DNA from: Penicillus capitatus
Lineage: Eukaryota > Plantae > Chlorophyta
Assembly (NCBI GenBank): GCA_965649825.1
Contig: OZ287708.1
Coordinates: 153,201 to 217,200, forward strand
DNA length: 64,000 nucleotides
Direction: 5' to 3'
Made by a program: the position numbers and the translations under genes. Shown piece by piece: positions 19,901-33,049 of the stretch. Position 1 is the stretch's first letter, and each line of letters begins with the position of its first letter. Under the pieces are notes generated by a model. That model did no database searches, was not told where the DNA came from, and worked only from the letters and a program-made list of their open reading frames with translations.

Positions 19901-20950
19901 TTTCAAACCCGCTGCTCAATGGAAGGCATCCAATGAAGAAGGCAAGACAACCTGGCATTCCTTGGATACCCATAGATCACATGTGACCTGTTGCACAGAG
20001 CACATAACGAAGTCGAAGGGGTTGGAAGATGTTGGGGGCATGCAGGAAGTGAAAGCGATGCTGCGGGACTGCGTTGAACTTCCCATCAAGCATCCGGAGC
20101 TCATGAAACAATGTCCTCTGCGATTGATGTCCAATGTCTTGCTCTATGGACCACCAGGTTACCCACCATCTTCTTCTCTCTTCCAATCTTGCAGGATGAT
20201 ACAGGAAGTGGCAAGACTTTTATTGTGGATGCTCTGAAGGTGTCTCTCGGAGTGCGGTTAGTCAGTGTAAAGGGCCCTGAGCTGCTGGACAAATATATTG
20301 GTCAAAGTGAAGCGGCTGTGAGGTCAACATTCAAGACGGCTGTCGAAGCGGCGCCCTGTATTCTCTTTTTTGATGAGTTCGAAGCTCTCGGTCGTCATCG
20401 AGGCAATCACAAATCGCATGCCTCTGATCGAGTGGTCAACCAATTGCTGACAGAGATGGATGGTGTTGAGGGATTGTCGGGCGTCTGTGTCATTGCCGCC
20501 ACATCTCGTCCGGATCTCATTGACAAGGCACTCCTGCGCCCAGGCCGCCTGGATCGACACGTTTTCTGCGATTTTCCCACTCTCCATGACCGTCTGGAGA
20601 TTTTGAAAATCGAGGCGAGAAAGCAGGAGCTGCATCCATCCATCGACCTTTCTCGAATGGCATCGGAGACAGAGGGGTACTCTGGAGCCGATCTGGCCTC
20701 CATTGTCTCTGAGGCACATCTTCGTGCCGTCAGCCAGTATGTCAAGACCCATCCAGATCCAACCAATCCGCCCACCTCCATCGCCATCTCGGCAGAAGAT
20801 GTGGACTACGCTATGGAACATTCACACCCATCACTCACCGACAGTGACAGGCTACTGTTAGAGAGAATCTACTCAAGTTTTTCAGGAGGAAAAGTCTGCA
20901 AGGCCAAGGCTTCTCCTGAAAACGAAGAAAGACAACTTACGTTTGCCTGA
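16983..20950 (+). CDS. PEX1: Peroxisome biogenesis AAA-ATPase Pex1
   Basis: N-terminus MDPLHVRCVDRHDCWVALP...VTLQCVTPFDYELL (PEX1-N like). D1 Walker A/B GTKESGKT / ILVFDDLD. D2 GPPG|SGKT, VKGPELLDKYIGQSEAAVR, ILFFDEFE, AATSRPDLIDKALLRPGRLDR. Confidence 0.92.
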
Positions 20951-21279
20951 TGTGACATCTGTTGTGGGGTAGTTTGAATGGAGGCTGTATACCGTATTGA
21001 TTTTGTGTTTTTCTATTTTTTGCATGATACATTGTCTATAGGGGTTTCGTTAAGGGCGATTCAAACACGACTTCATCGTCGACTTGACTGTGTTTTATTG
21101 TACAGATCGTCGCAAGTCATTGCCGAAAATAAGATCCATATTCTGATTGGCATAGGACACCAGATTCAGGGTTCCTGTGATTTCTCGCTTCATCAAGTGG
21201 TTAACCTGTATCGAAACATGTGTAAGGGCCGAATCCTGTTATCTATGTTTGGACAGACTTCTTTGCAAATCCACAGATT

Positions 21280-22261
21280 TTAAGCCTTGCACAGAATGTC
21301 CGGTTCTCGAAGAACAACGTATTGCTCTCCTGTTGTCGTCTCCATCTTCTCGCCTGCATACTTAAAGTACAGGATCTTGTCGCCTGCTTTTACCTGTGAA
21401 AACGCGTCACGCTTAGAAAGAGGGACATGTTTGGCGATGGAGATGCATGCCTTTGGCTCTTCGACAGAACCGTCTTCTTTGCGTTTGCCAGGACCTGTTC
21501 GGACGACCGATCCACTCAAAGGCTTTTCTTTGGCACTCTCTGGCAGCATGACACCGCCAGATGTCACATCACTGGCGGCGTCGACCTAAACAGCCATTCA
21601 ACATAGCGTGGAATCTCATTCTTTTTCTCACACCTTAATCAACACACGGTCACTCATTGGCTTCAACTTTGGCACATCATCTGCAGTCGGGTCTAATACC
21701 ACATGATGAAAATCACGTACGTATGACAAACACTAGATACACTTACTGGCTGTCGGCATCACGCCGATTACTTCATCCTCCTTGATCAACAGATAATCTT
21801 CCTGATTGAATGTCACTTCTGTGTAGGCAAATCCGAATTTGCTGTAGACCACCTAGAATGGCAAGAGTGGATAGGTTTCTTGGAATAACGTGCTCGAACG
21901 CTGTCTCCCTTCTTCAATGTGAAATCGTATGTGTCCTCTTCGCCGATGCGACCGTCTCCGACATCGATCACTGTCCCACTCGTTGGTTTTCGTGTGGCGC
22001 TCTCGGGAAGCAAGATCCCGCCGAGCGACTTCACCTCTTCCTGCGCGCACTTGATAAAAACGATATCGCCCTTTGGCGCAACCTTCACATCATAGATAAC
22101 GCAGGGCACGGCATCAGAAAATCCCTAACCTTCTTGTAGGTATCCGGGATCTGAAGTCCGACCTTGGCCACAATGTTCTTCGTTCGGAGACGCGCGTGTC
22201 GCGTCGCTAAACACCGCCGCGGAACTCTCGCTGCTTTTGTGGAGATTGCTCGCATCGTCAT
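21280..22261 (-). CDS. CPN20: Chloroplast 20-kDa co-chaperonin (two GroES domains)
   Basis: Transit-peptide-like N-terminus. Domain 1 GGILLPESATRKPTSGTVIDVGDG...YSKFG; domain 2 GGVMLPESAKEKPLSGSVVRTGPG...KYAG. Confidence 0.93.
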
Positions 22262-22321
22262 GAGGTCCTTTTCTATGAGTCGCCTCGTTGCGGATACCAG
22301 TGTCGTACTCGGGTCGCAAAT

Positions 22322-23592
22322 ATGACGACGATGCCGTCTTGCTTCACGGGCCACCTTCGACCGAGGTTTCTATCGGTTCGCCGACCGGCTGCTGATGGCC
22401 GACGACGACGTGCGTCACGAAAGAGACGTTGTGAACGTGCGGCTGCTGTCCACAAGGACAAAGAGACCGAGCCACAGAAACTACTGACGGCGGAGATTGG
22501 CAAAGGCCAGCAGCTGGAGATTCCTCAGCCTGATGTGACGGCTGAAAAACAGCTAGAGAGCGAGGAGCGTTCGGTTAAGTACTCGGGACTCAAAGGCAAT
22601 CCACTATCGTGTGGCGTCAACACAGCGACCGGAAACTATGAACTCCCATCTCCAGCTGTCGCCGCTCGCAACCTCGTGACTTCTCTCCGTTAGCATACCG
22701 TTGCACGAAACCCCCTTTCTTTTGCAGGTGGAGCAGGTTCGACTTGCGCATCTCTGCACCGTCATGTCAAACAAGCACCACCGCCGAGCTGGGTAAGAAA
22801 GCGATGTGATGGACGGGCAGGTGATGGGTTAAAGTGATGTGACAGGTATCCTTTTGGCGCTTTGGTCGATTTTGTGTGTGACGGCTCGGGGTTTCCCATC
22901 ATTCGTCTGTCATCCTTAGCCGTCCCCACGCGAAATGTTATGGAAAACCCGCACAGTTCGATTGTGGCACAGATGCCTGGATGGTCTGGACTGTCCAACA
23001 CACGACTCACTCTTTTCGGAGACGTTTATCGACTCCCTCCCGAAATGGAAGACGTTGCAAAAGAAGTCTGACCTCTCATACTTCTCTTAACCGTCATCTC
23101 ACTCTTTCTCAGCTGTTCGTGAGACAGGAGAGTCAAGAAGCCGATATTCTCACCGGGAATGCCCTCTACTTTAGAATGCATGATATCAAGGACGTCTATT
23201 TTGTCGGCGGCTTCGGGACAGTTCAGTGGATCGATGTGGAAGAGTACACAGAAGCTCAACCTGATGCGATTGTCACAGCCTGTACTTCGGCTGAACTACA
23301 GGTCACACTTTCCGTTCTTCTCACACATTGTCAGCACGGCTTTATATACTAGGCCTTGAATCTCAAGTTCGCGGACGATTTGCGTCGCGTCTTGAGTCGA
23401 AGGAGTCCAGTACATGAAGTCGAGATCATTTCTGTCGATGCCGTCGGCGCCGATCTCCGAACCAAAACGCGCGGCGATTGCGGCGTCGTGCGCATTGGGT
23501 TTCGCCAAAGAGTCTCGACGATCGATCAGACCAAAGCGGCATTCACCGACATCATCGCCGATTTCCAGACGCAACGCAAGAGACAAACCTAA
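22322..23592 (+). CDS. Plastid pyridoxamine-5'-phosphate-oxidase-like (CREG/HugZ-type split-barrel) protein
   Basis: YPFGALVDFVCDGSGFPIIRLSSLAVPTRN...QMPGWSGLSNTRLTLFGDVYRLP, YFVGGFGTVQWIDVEEY, and a C-terminal ISVDAVGADLR segment. Confidence 0.85.
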
Positions 23593-23650
23593 ATGATGAC
23601 TTGTCGACAAACGATGTACACGATAACCGATACGACACGCACGCTTTACG

Positions 23651-24876
23651 ATGAACGATGCGTTGACTGTCGTGTCAAAGAACCACGACCAAGCAGGACT
23701 GGCAACACGCTTTCGTATAGAACAGTCAAAAACGGCGACCGTCGACATCTTCGATGCCCCGGATCTTACACTTGAGAGATTTCGCTCAGACTATGTCGTA
23801 CGTCGATGCCTCGGCGTTATGCGAAAAACAGACTAAGCGAGTGGACATTCTCGACAGGATCGAAATCTGCCAGTCGTGGTGAGAGGGGCGCTAACAGATG
23901 CATGGAAATGCATAGAGGCATGGAATGCTGAGTATCTGAAGGACCTCGTTGGACATGTCGAACTGCCAGTTCGCACCAATCCTCTGCCGGATGGCACTTT
24001 CGGTCACACTTTCCCAGATTGCCACTCTTAACGGCGTTGTCTGACAGGCGAGGTTGACAGGTTGGACAATGATCAGATATCCCTCTACGATTTTCAACTG
24101 CTGCGATTCCACGATTTCTTGGATCAGCTGGAAAGCACATCTCCGCTTTATTATCCAGCTAGGTGAAGCGTGTCGATCACACTTTTTGATGTGACCGGTC
24201 GAACGTTTGCGATGATGTATAGAGTGGAGCTCTGTCAAGAGCTTCCTGAACTCGTTCCAGACGTGCCTTCATTTTATGATCTTTGTTGGAGAATTGCCTT
24301 TGGACGTCCATACAAGAGTGGTACCATTGCTTATTTCGGACCTGGTGGACAGACGACCCCTCTGCATTACGACACCCTGGAGAACCTCACTTTTATGGTC
24401 ACACTTTTATCACACTTCCTGAGCGATGAGCTTCGATGCTGTAGATTGCAGGAAACAAGACTTTTCAGATGTATCCCCCTTCGACCAGCCATTTGTTGCG
24501 ACCGGCTCCCCGAAGCATTGGCACACACTACAGTCTAATGAGCCCCACAAATGCTGAAGCGACAGGGATGGGATGCCGTGTGACGTTGCATGAGGGTGAT
24601 ATGTTGTATTTACCAAACTGCTGGTGGCATAGCGTCCACGGCGGCGATGGCTTCAACATTAGCTTGAATTACTGGTTTTGCCAGCATCCAAAGAAAGAAG
24701 ACCACAATGCTTACGCTTCTTACCTTCAATCGACATTTGAAAAGACCCTCACGCAGCTTCGGTCCATGCAGTTGCCACAGAGTGTATTAGATGAAGCTCA
24801 ACGAGATGCGGTATCCATGATCGAGCAAAAAATAGATCATCGAAAACAGTTCGATTGGGACACGTCGTCTGCTTAG
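23651..24876 (+). CDS. JmjC/Cupin_8 2-oxoglutarate dioxygenase
   Basis: PVVVRGAL..W..W...YLKD, TTPLHYD (HxD), TLHEGDMLYLPNCWWHSV, NISLNYW. Confidence 0.88.
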
Positions 24877-24905
24877 AGAGAAAAATACAAGTGTGTACAG
24901 CAGGG

Positions 24906-25772
24906 CTACGCTGAGAAGCCAGTCGTCGGTGGCTGTTTCTCGCTTGACAGGGATGGAGCTGCACACTCCGCTTTCTTCTGTAGAATGTACTCCTTCACTT
25001 CTTGCCATCTGTCAGACATTTATGTATGAGAAGATTGATGCGAGAATAAAAGTGTGACCTGTCTAGTGAACGCATCTCAATCTTGTCTCCGTTCTTTAAA
25101 GTGATAACCATATCTCCCCAGACGCCCACTCCTCTGCCAATGGCTACCACTTTCTGAACTTGGCTGTAGGCAACATCGGTCTGTTTATTGTCCCAAGGGG
25201 CTACGGTGGCAACACTAATGCGTTTATCTGTGAATTTGTATCGAACAAAAGACTTCCGCGCGATCGCCGCGACGGTCAGAGGGAGCCACAAGATCGTCAC
25301 GCCCAGCAGCAGATTGATGATGAGGTCTCCAGTGTGAGGACTGCCTTCGTAATAGACAGTCTCTTTGGTATAGTCCACCTCTTCTTCCTCACGACTCACT
25401 CCTGTCATGCGAGGATCAGTGGCAGAATGCGAATGGCATGCATCTGTACGTTGTTTCTCTTTCTTTTTGCCTTCTCCATAAGGCGTCTCGCCTTTTGCCT
25501 TTTTCAGATCTAACAACCGTTTCTCAAATGCCTCTTCCTCATCGATCTCACTCTCTTTACACGGATCGAATGTATTGGTGGTGGTTCAGGAATGAAATGA
25601 CGTTACCCTGAGCACGAACAGTGAGCTGGCGTAATGGCGCATACGTCGCACGTCGCCGTGCGTGAACAGTCGAGAACACCACACAGCGACCGTTCGTTCC
25701 ACGAAACGATGGTGACCGTCGTGTCCACTCACAGGACGCCACTCTATGCGGGACACACTCAAGATACATCAT
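24906..25772 (-). CDS. Plastid membrane protein with bacterial PH (bPH_2/YdbS-like) domain
   Basis: ETVYYEGSPHTGDLIINLLLGVTILWLPL...RYKFTDKRISV...RGVGVWGDMVITLKNGDKIEMRSLDR|WQEVKEYI. The 5' exons and start codon are inferred. Confidence 0.8.
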
Positions 25773-26229
25773 CTCCCAATCAACGACGAAATGTGTTTCA
25801 TCAGTACAGTTGCTTCGTTCCATTCGCACAGTTTTGGGAAACCGAATGTTAAATGTAATGTCATGTGACAAATTTTCTCTTTCTGTACGCGGGAAGCCCA
25901 TGTGGATTCGGCCTTTTATCTTGCTTTCGTACCCAATCACACCTTCGGCATGGACTGCCACACACATCGTCGCGCTCAGTGTGATTTCGGCACACAAACA
26001 AATACGGTCGTCGGAGTCTTTTCGTGACAGAGCTCCCAAAGACACAAATCGCAATCAAGGACAGTACTGGGTCGACACAAAAAAGAGAATACAACAATCG
26101 ATTCATATCATCCATCATAGACCAATCGATACCCGAGTAAACAAACCATGTCTGTCTGTCTGTCTTCCGCTAGGAATGAAAAGACTGAACACTCATCCAT
26201 TATCGCTGTCTGTTCCCTGCAAAGACTTT

Positions 26230-26640
26230 TCAGTTGGTATTGAGAAGTTTGCAGAGTACAACACAAGCAGCAGCTGCCACTGCGACTGGCACTCCCAATT
26301 TGGCCAGCAGATGACCGAAGCTCTTGTGCGCTTGTTCCTCTGTGTTTTGAGGTTCTACCGCTCCGTCGACAGCGGCGGCTGTGTCGGTTTCTGCGACTTG
26401 CCCTGTCGCGTCGCCCGTTTTGTCGATCGTTTCGACGGTCTCTTCTTCAACGGACTCCACCTTTGTCGACGGATTCTTGCCTTCCGGAACACCAAACCAC
26501 TTGGCGGAGAAGTTCGTCAACACGCTCGCGTTCTTCTGTTGACTCGGACCCGACTCTTCCATCACTGCTCCTTTTTCGCTGGTTGATGATTTGCGACTGA
26601 AAAAGCCGAAAAATCCGCTGCGCTTTTCGCTCTTCGACAT
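26230..26640 (-). CDS. Hypothetical acidic protein with C-terminal hydrophobic anchor
   Basis: MSKSEKRSGFFGFF... followed by an E/T-rich middle and LGVPVAVAAAACVVLCKLL just before the stop. Confidence 0.65.
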   Translation of the reverse strand: MSKSEKRSGFFGFFSRKSSTSEKGAVMEESGPSQQKNASVLTNFSAKWFGVPEGKNPSTKVESVEEETVETIDKTGDATGQVAETDTAAAVDGAVEPQNTEEQAHKSFGHLLAKLGVPVAVAAAACVVLCKLLNTN

Positions 26641-27686
26641 TGCTGGGCGATGGACGTAACAAAGAAGCTCGGACACGTAAACAATGAAAAAGGCCACGTA
26701 CGTAACAACAGGCGGACGCGCGCGATCGTTAATGACACGAATGGACGCTGAAGGGGGCGACAACTTCGATTAAATGGATCATGTGCTTACGATGTATGTG
26801 ACGGATGTGACAAAAACAGCGCATCATCGTCCTCGCCGTCAACAACAGAGATCCCACCCACCACTCACCCATTCTAGTAGTCCATTACCTGCGTGGTCAT
26901 GCGTGATGGAACCTCGTTCTATGACATTCTTCCAGAGGGTGTCCCTAATAGACCCTTTGGCGCAATGATTTTTCTGATTTGCATGGAGAAAGAGAACGCG
27001 ATTGATGGTATGCACGATGTCGTTGCTGGCTTTGAGGTTGACTGTGGTGACCTCGGCACAAGGGGGCACTGGTGGCAGCTTGGCAGCTGCAGTCCCTGAC
27101 AGTTGCGTTCGTAGAGCCTCGTGGCCATCCGACACCGAAAGGAGATTGATAGATGGTGACGGGAACGGAGTGGTCGGCAAAATCGAACGGGTCGGTTCAA
27201 ATCTAAACGCCACATAGAGCACGACCGGATATCTTTGTTTAGTGTTTCTAAGAGCTTCGGTCTCTCGTAGTTTAGATGGCCTATCTGCTTTCAATGACGT
27301 CTTTCGTCTTGTCACCTCAAAGGTCTGGGACAGATCGTGCAGTCATCCAAAGACTACAGCGATTCGATCAGATGGTGTTCTTCATTATCCACGCGATACC
27401 CTTCAGTACCTCTTCTAGAATTGGTCTAATCGGCGAACGATAGACACAACGTTGCCGTTTTCATCCACCATCGTGATCTCATCTCTGCTCAAAGAGACGT
27501 TTCAAACAAACCTGATGGATCCAGTCGTACCTAAGATGGCAAATGCTGTTTCTCTTCTGTCGCGAAAAACAATCGGGATCTCGATGTAATATCAAAGGGA
27601 CATCCAGGACATCTGTTTCCTTACAGCCGCGCCCTCGTTAAACAACCGACAGACAGATACAGTGTCCATTGTTCAGTGGAACTGCC

Positions 27687-28316
27687 TCATGACAGCAGAT
27701 CTTTGCGGTGGGCGTAGTTCGATTGGTAGAACTGCTGCAGGAAAGGCGAGTCCGTCGACTTCTTGACAACGAGTTTTGGCTTTCCCATGGTATCGACATA
27801 CTCCGCCATCTGCACCGCGACAGCCATTCAATCCACTCGCTCCAATCGTTTCCCATACCAGGTGGTGTCTCTGCTTGAAGTGATTCATGATCAGCTACAG
27901 TCACACGTTCGGTCAGGTAAAGAGCGATAACTCAACGCGTGCGGTGTACCGAAAGCTCCTCGTTGCCTTTCACGAGAAGGTTGCTGATGGCCTAATGCAG
28001 ACGAGCATGACAGTGGCAGTCGTGGGCAGGGACATGTACTCGTGTGTCCTTCACGTGAGCGTGGTCTCTGATTTTCTGGGCGATCTTCTTGCGCACGACT
28101 GGTGGCGTTGCCACTTCGTCGAGCTGATACGCCTGCAGAACGTAAGGAACGCAGCGGCAGCACTGGAAGGCAAGAAGCACAGGGTGGTTGGTGTCGGGCG
28201 CGTCACGGAGAGATGCCGACCGCTCGGAAGAAATCCGTGACGCTGGCGGAGGTCGGAGAAGCGACGGCGATCGGCGTCGCGTTCTTGAGACGAGCGATGA
28301 TTTTTCCAGTGGCCAT
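27687..28316 (-). CDS. NDUFA6: NDUFA6/B14 duplicate (copy 2)
   Basis: Same five exons and splice sites as 15461-16089; ends ...HRKDLLS*. Confidence 0.8.
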
Positions 28317-30387
28317 TCTCGGCGCCGACCGTAATGCAACGCCTGACGAATCTTCAAAATGCTCTACGGCAGGATGAGCATGCATCTCCTGACAGGATCA
28401 CGACTGTGGCGGCGGCTGCCGACGCGCGTCGCGCGTTCAGAGTTCGATCTTTCCCTCGTGCTCCGCCCAGTGATATATCGGTTGCTGAATAAAACGGCAC
28501 CTGGTCACGTCTGCGAGCGAGCTGTCCTAGGGGTGGAATGCGCTGCAGCTCAGTCGTCTTTCCTCACCGACCGTCCGTAGTACAGTGATAGATTAAGATG
28601 CTTGCACTGGACTACTGCTTTCTGAAGAACATGCACGGATGAAGGTACCCAGGCACAACTCGGATTAATCTGTAAGGCACAGACGCAAAGCGCAAGATGC
28701 TCAGGCGTACAGCGCGCTGCGCGGATGGATGCGTTGAGAGATCACTGACAGCAGTGAGGAGGACGATGAAACTGACGGCGGGCAGCTGCCACAGTCCAGA
28801 ACGACGCACGGCAGTGGCAAGGCAGAGTACTTGACGCGCATTCGCGCGTCGAATCCACGTCCGTCAGCTCTCTGAGCATCGTGCTCGCGCAGCTGCGTCG
28901 GAAGGGTAGGGACAGAATCCAGGACAGGCATCATCATCCCCTTCTAGCTCGCTCCGATTTGCCAGCCGAAAGAATCGAGGAGCGGACAGTCGCACTCCGT
29001 TGGCGCGCCCATTCGTCGCGAGCAAACTCTCTCTCTCATCCGAAATCGTTTACCGTCTGCAGAGCGCGTCACTCAGTGTGCGTTCTCTCTAGCACCGTTG
29101 TTTTGAGGACGCTTTGTTCTGCGAATGCATTCCTCGATATCGGTCCAACGCGCCGACGTCGACACGCATCTCGTCGCTCCGTGAGGGATGCCGAGTCGCT
29201 GGTCCGAACGGCAGGGCCAAGAGCAGGCGTGACTGCAGAGTCTGTCGTTCATGCGTTCCGCAGTGCATTTGCCGCACGAGAGAACATCGCCGGCGCTAAC
29301 GACATCGTCCTAGAACGCCCCGCGCGCGCAGAACACTCGACGGCAGTTATTCGTCTTTCACTACAGAGATCTTCGACAAGTGGTCTCCGAACAGAAGACG
29401 GACGTTCTCCGTCACAGCCACCACAGCATCAGTACTCGCAGGACACCAGAACGAAACGGCATGGACGATTCCAATGAGGATGCAGCAGAACTATCCCTTT
29501 CCAATGGCAATTCGCCACTTTGGTGCGCTCTGCACTGTGCAATACGCAGGAGAGAAGGTAGGCGATGGCATCGGATCGCGACTGGCATCTGCCGCGATCT
29601 ACAGTGCCATCGCACAAGTTGCTCTTGAAGCTGTCTGATCGATGGCTTCGCAGACAGAACAGCAGTCTTGCACAGCCGACGCAAAACGCGAACCGACTGC
29701 GTTGATCGGAGCGAACGGCGCTTCCAAAACACTCCCTCGGCGCTGTGCGCGAGCCTTAACTGAAACAACGACTCCGTGGCCGTCTGGTCCTCGCAGAAGG
29801 CGTCGTCGGTTCCGCCTTCCTTGTTCGAGGGAGTTAGGACGCACGCCAACTCCACGAACCGATTCGCGTTACACCGCGCAGAACGCTCTCTCGACGGCGT
29901 TTGCGACGGAAACGCCCGAAACAGACGGCCCTTTCGACGCACAGTCCGTTCCGATCCTGCGAACGAGAGAGACCGCCTCATTCCTCTGCCCAGGCAACGC
30001 GGAGCCGAGCCGAGCGGTTTGCCGTTCGGAGAATCGCGTCGGAACCACTGCAGAGAACGCATGCGCGTTACACTCTGAGAGGAGCTTGCGCACAGACTGT
30101 AAGGAATCTCTTCTGTAAAACACTTAGAAAAGCTTCCAGAAGTGCTCTCCATTTCGCGACGCGCATCCCGACGACAGTACTCTGCGCTTCTAGAGGTCTG
30201 GCGGCCGATCGTTTGTCCGGCGGCGCATGCAGCGCCGCCAAACGGTCACGGTTCCCAGCCGCCACCCGCAGGCCGCGCTCGGCAACCGAGGCGGCCTATA
30301 AAGGTCGCGTCGCAGACCCTTCCGCACTGTCGAGTTGTTTAAACTCCCGCCTTCCTGTTTTCCAGAGCTCGAGCGACGAAGAAGACA

Positions 30388-31598
30388 ATGGCTGACGAAC
30401 GCATGTTCACAGAAGAGGACTACGGATATCCTGACAGACCGTGAGTCCACTAGCCATTCGTCGAAACGTCGCGCGCTGCAGAGCCTTTCGACTGCGGCTG
30501 GACACTCTCCATGAACACGCATGCGTCCGGCAGCAGTCGAGAAGCTCTGCAGCGCGCGACGTTTCGACGAACTCTTCTTCGACTGATCTCTAACCATTGT
30601 GTGTTCCCAGTTTTGCCCAAGTCACGTTGAGAGAGGTCCTGGGAAGTCACCCGCCCAGGGCCTTCGAGAGATTGGATGAGGCCGCGCGTAGGGAGTTGTA
30701 TTGGGACTTAAAAGCCCGAACAACTGCCCAGAGGGGTCAGGTGCATCTCGATGCACAGACCCCTCCTGTGCGGTTTGGACCCAATAGGGTCCAAACCCCA
30801 CAGCCGCGGCCTGTGCGGCGGGCGAGGGTCCTGTCCTCAGAGGACAGGAGAGCGCGACTGGCCCAACAGGGCCAGCCTGCCGCTCCGCCGCCTCCAGCGC
30901 GCCCCGCTTCGCCGCCGCATGTCTCCCAGACGGCCTCCGAGCCTGCCGCGCCGCCTCCAAGCCTCCAGTCACCAGCCCAGCCACCCATCCCCCAGCCTGG
31001 CGCACCACCGACGGCCTCCCAGCCTGGCGCACCACCACTGCCAACCCAGCAGCCAACCCAGCCGCCTGCATCCCAGACCGGCCAACAGGCACATATGGAG
31101 TGGTCGTCTGCCTCATCGCCTGCCTTCCAGCCGCCAGCCCAGCAGCCCGCATCCCACCCTGTCGAGTCTCCTCATATGGAGTGGTTGCTTTCTTCGTCTT
31201 CTCAACCCATTCTTTCCCCACCCTCTGTGCAGTCTGCCCAATCACCTTTGTTTCCTCCCAGGCCGCAGGTGTTTTGCATTCCCGCCTCTCCTGCCCCTAT
31301 AATTCCGTCTCGTCCTTTGTTTTTCTCCCTACCTGCTCTGCCATCTCCCTTCCCTAGGCGAACATCGCTTTTCTCTCTTCGGCAACCACCTCCTATCCCT
31401 CCCCGCAACTCTATTTTTCCGGTCAGACGACCTGGATTTCCTCCCCGTCCGTTCTTTATGTCCGGCGAATGTGTCCGGATCTCTTCGGCAGCCATTCCAG
31501 AACGTCTGTTCTTCATGTCTGGAACCTGCGTAAGTGAATTTCTTTTCTCTTGTCTTTCTTAAGCTTTGCCTTTTGCGTAGGTTTCTGTCCAGTTTTAG
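30388..31598 (+). CDS. Novel proline-rich protein, copy U2 (329 aa; exons 30388-30440, 30611-31529, 31581-31598)
   Basis: MADERMFTEEDYGYPDRP ... FFMSGTC|VSVQF*. Spliced length 990 nt is in frame. Confidence 0.85.
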
Positions 31599-31989
31599 GA
31601 CAGATAGGGCGACAGATCTCTGATTTTTTAAGCTGTTTTCTAGGGGCTGCAAAAATTAAAATAAAACAAAAAGTTTTCTTTTTTAGTCTCACATCTCACA
31701 CTTTTTTTGTGTGAGACAGAATAAATAATAAAAAATAAAAAGTCACACTCTGAAAAGTGTGACTAAAAAATAAAAATCAAAAAAATAGAAAGATGCAAAG
31801 GGGCTGTTTTCTGTGCCTCGTTTCTCTGCCATTCCACCTCCGCTTTGTTGTGGTTGGCTCTGTGTCATCTGTTTTTTCCTGAAGACTATGAGAATCTCAT
31901 TTGCTGTGTCTAACATGAGGCTGCTGTTCAATATTTGCTGCTTTGCTGCACGGAGGCTGGCGTGTAATGTCTGCAGTGATTGGGGGCTG

Positions 31990-32950
31990 GCTTAAGGTAT
32001 CCCGGATGATCAGTTTGTTGCCCTGCTGTGATTAGAGGCTAAATGGTGGCTAGATTGAAACCTTCATGCATAATCTACTGCTGTATTGCTGTCATTGGAG
32101 GCTGGAGGCTGTTTGCATGATATACCCGCTGTATTGCTGCCATTGGAGGCTGGAGGCTGTCTCAGATGTCTTAGTGCTACATTGCTGCCAACGGAGGCTG
32201 TCATGGATGTTCTTCTTGCTGTTATTGAAGGCTGGAGGCCGTCATGGCTGCTCAGTTTGCCGGTTGCAGTAATTAGAGGCTGGCTGGAGGCACCCCGGAT
32301 GATCAGTTTGTCGGTTGCAGTGACTGGAGGCGAGCTGGAAACATCCCTGAAGATCTATTTGCTGACTGGCTGCTGATGGAGGCTGGCTGGAAACATCCCT
32401 GACGATCTATTTGCTGACTGGCTGCTGATGGAGGCCCTGAGGCCGACACATATGTTCTACTTGTTGCCATTGGATGCTGGAGGATGTCTCGCATGATCTA
32501 CTCGCTGCTCTGTTGCGACTGGAGGCTGAAAGTCGTTAGGATGATCTACCTGCTGTACTGCTGCTGTCGGAGGCTGGAGGCCGACTCGGATGATCTACCT
32601 GCTGTACTGCTGCTGTCGGAGGCTGGAGTAGGCTGTGTACTACCTTTTGTGATTGGAGGATGGACGGCCTCGTGGTGATCTATATGCCGTCATTGGAGGT
32701 AGAAGGCAGTCTGGGTTGATCTGTTATTTGCTCTGCTGCAATTAACAACATTCGTCGATTGCCTACTTGACGAAAGGCGGCTACTGGAGGCCGTTTCACA
32801 TGCTCTATTTGTCGCTTCTGCTGTCAATGGATGCTGGAGGTCCTCATGAATGATCTGTTAGATGCGCTGCTGTCAATGGATGCTGGAGACCTCCATGGAT
32901 GATCTGTTAGCTGCCCTGCTGTCATTGGACCTCCGTCGTCTTCGCCCTAC
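31990..32950. repeat. Decayed type-A repeat tract
   Basis: Recurrent TGGAGGC / GATGATCT / CTGCTG motifs and local tandem duplications. Confidence 0.7.
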
Positions 32951-33049
32951 CTGATGCCTAGCAGCTGCTGGTGACCGTCACAGGCAATCTGTTTGCCGTT
33001 TTTGTTGCTGCTGAAGACCGTCGTCTGGGCCCCACCCATTGTCTGGCCG

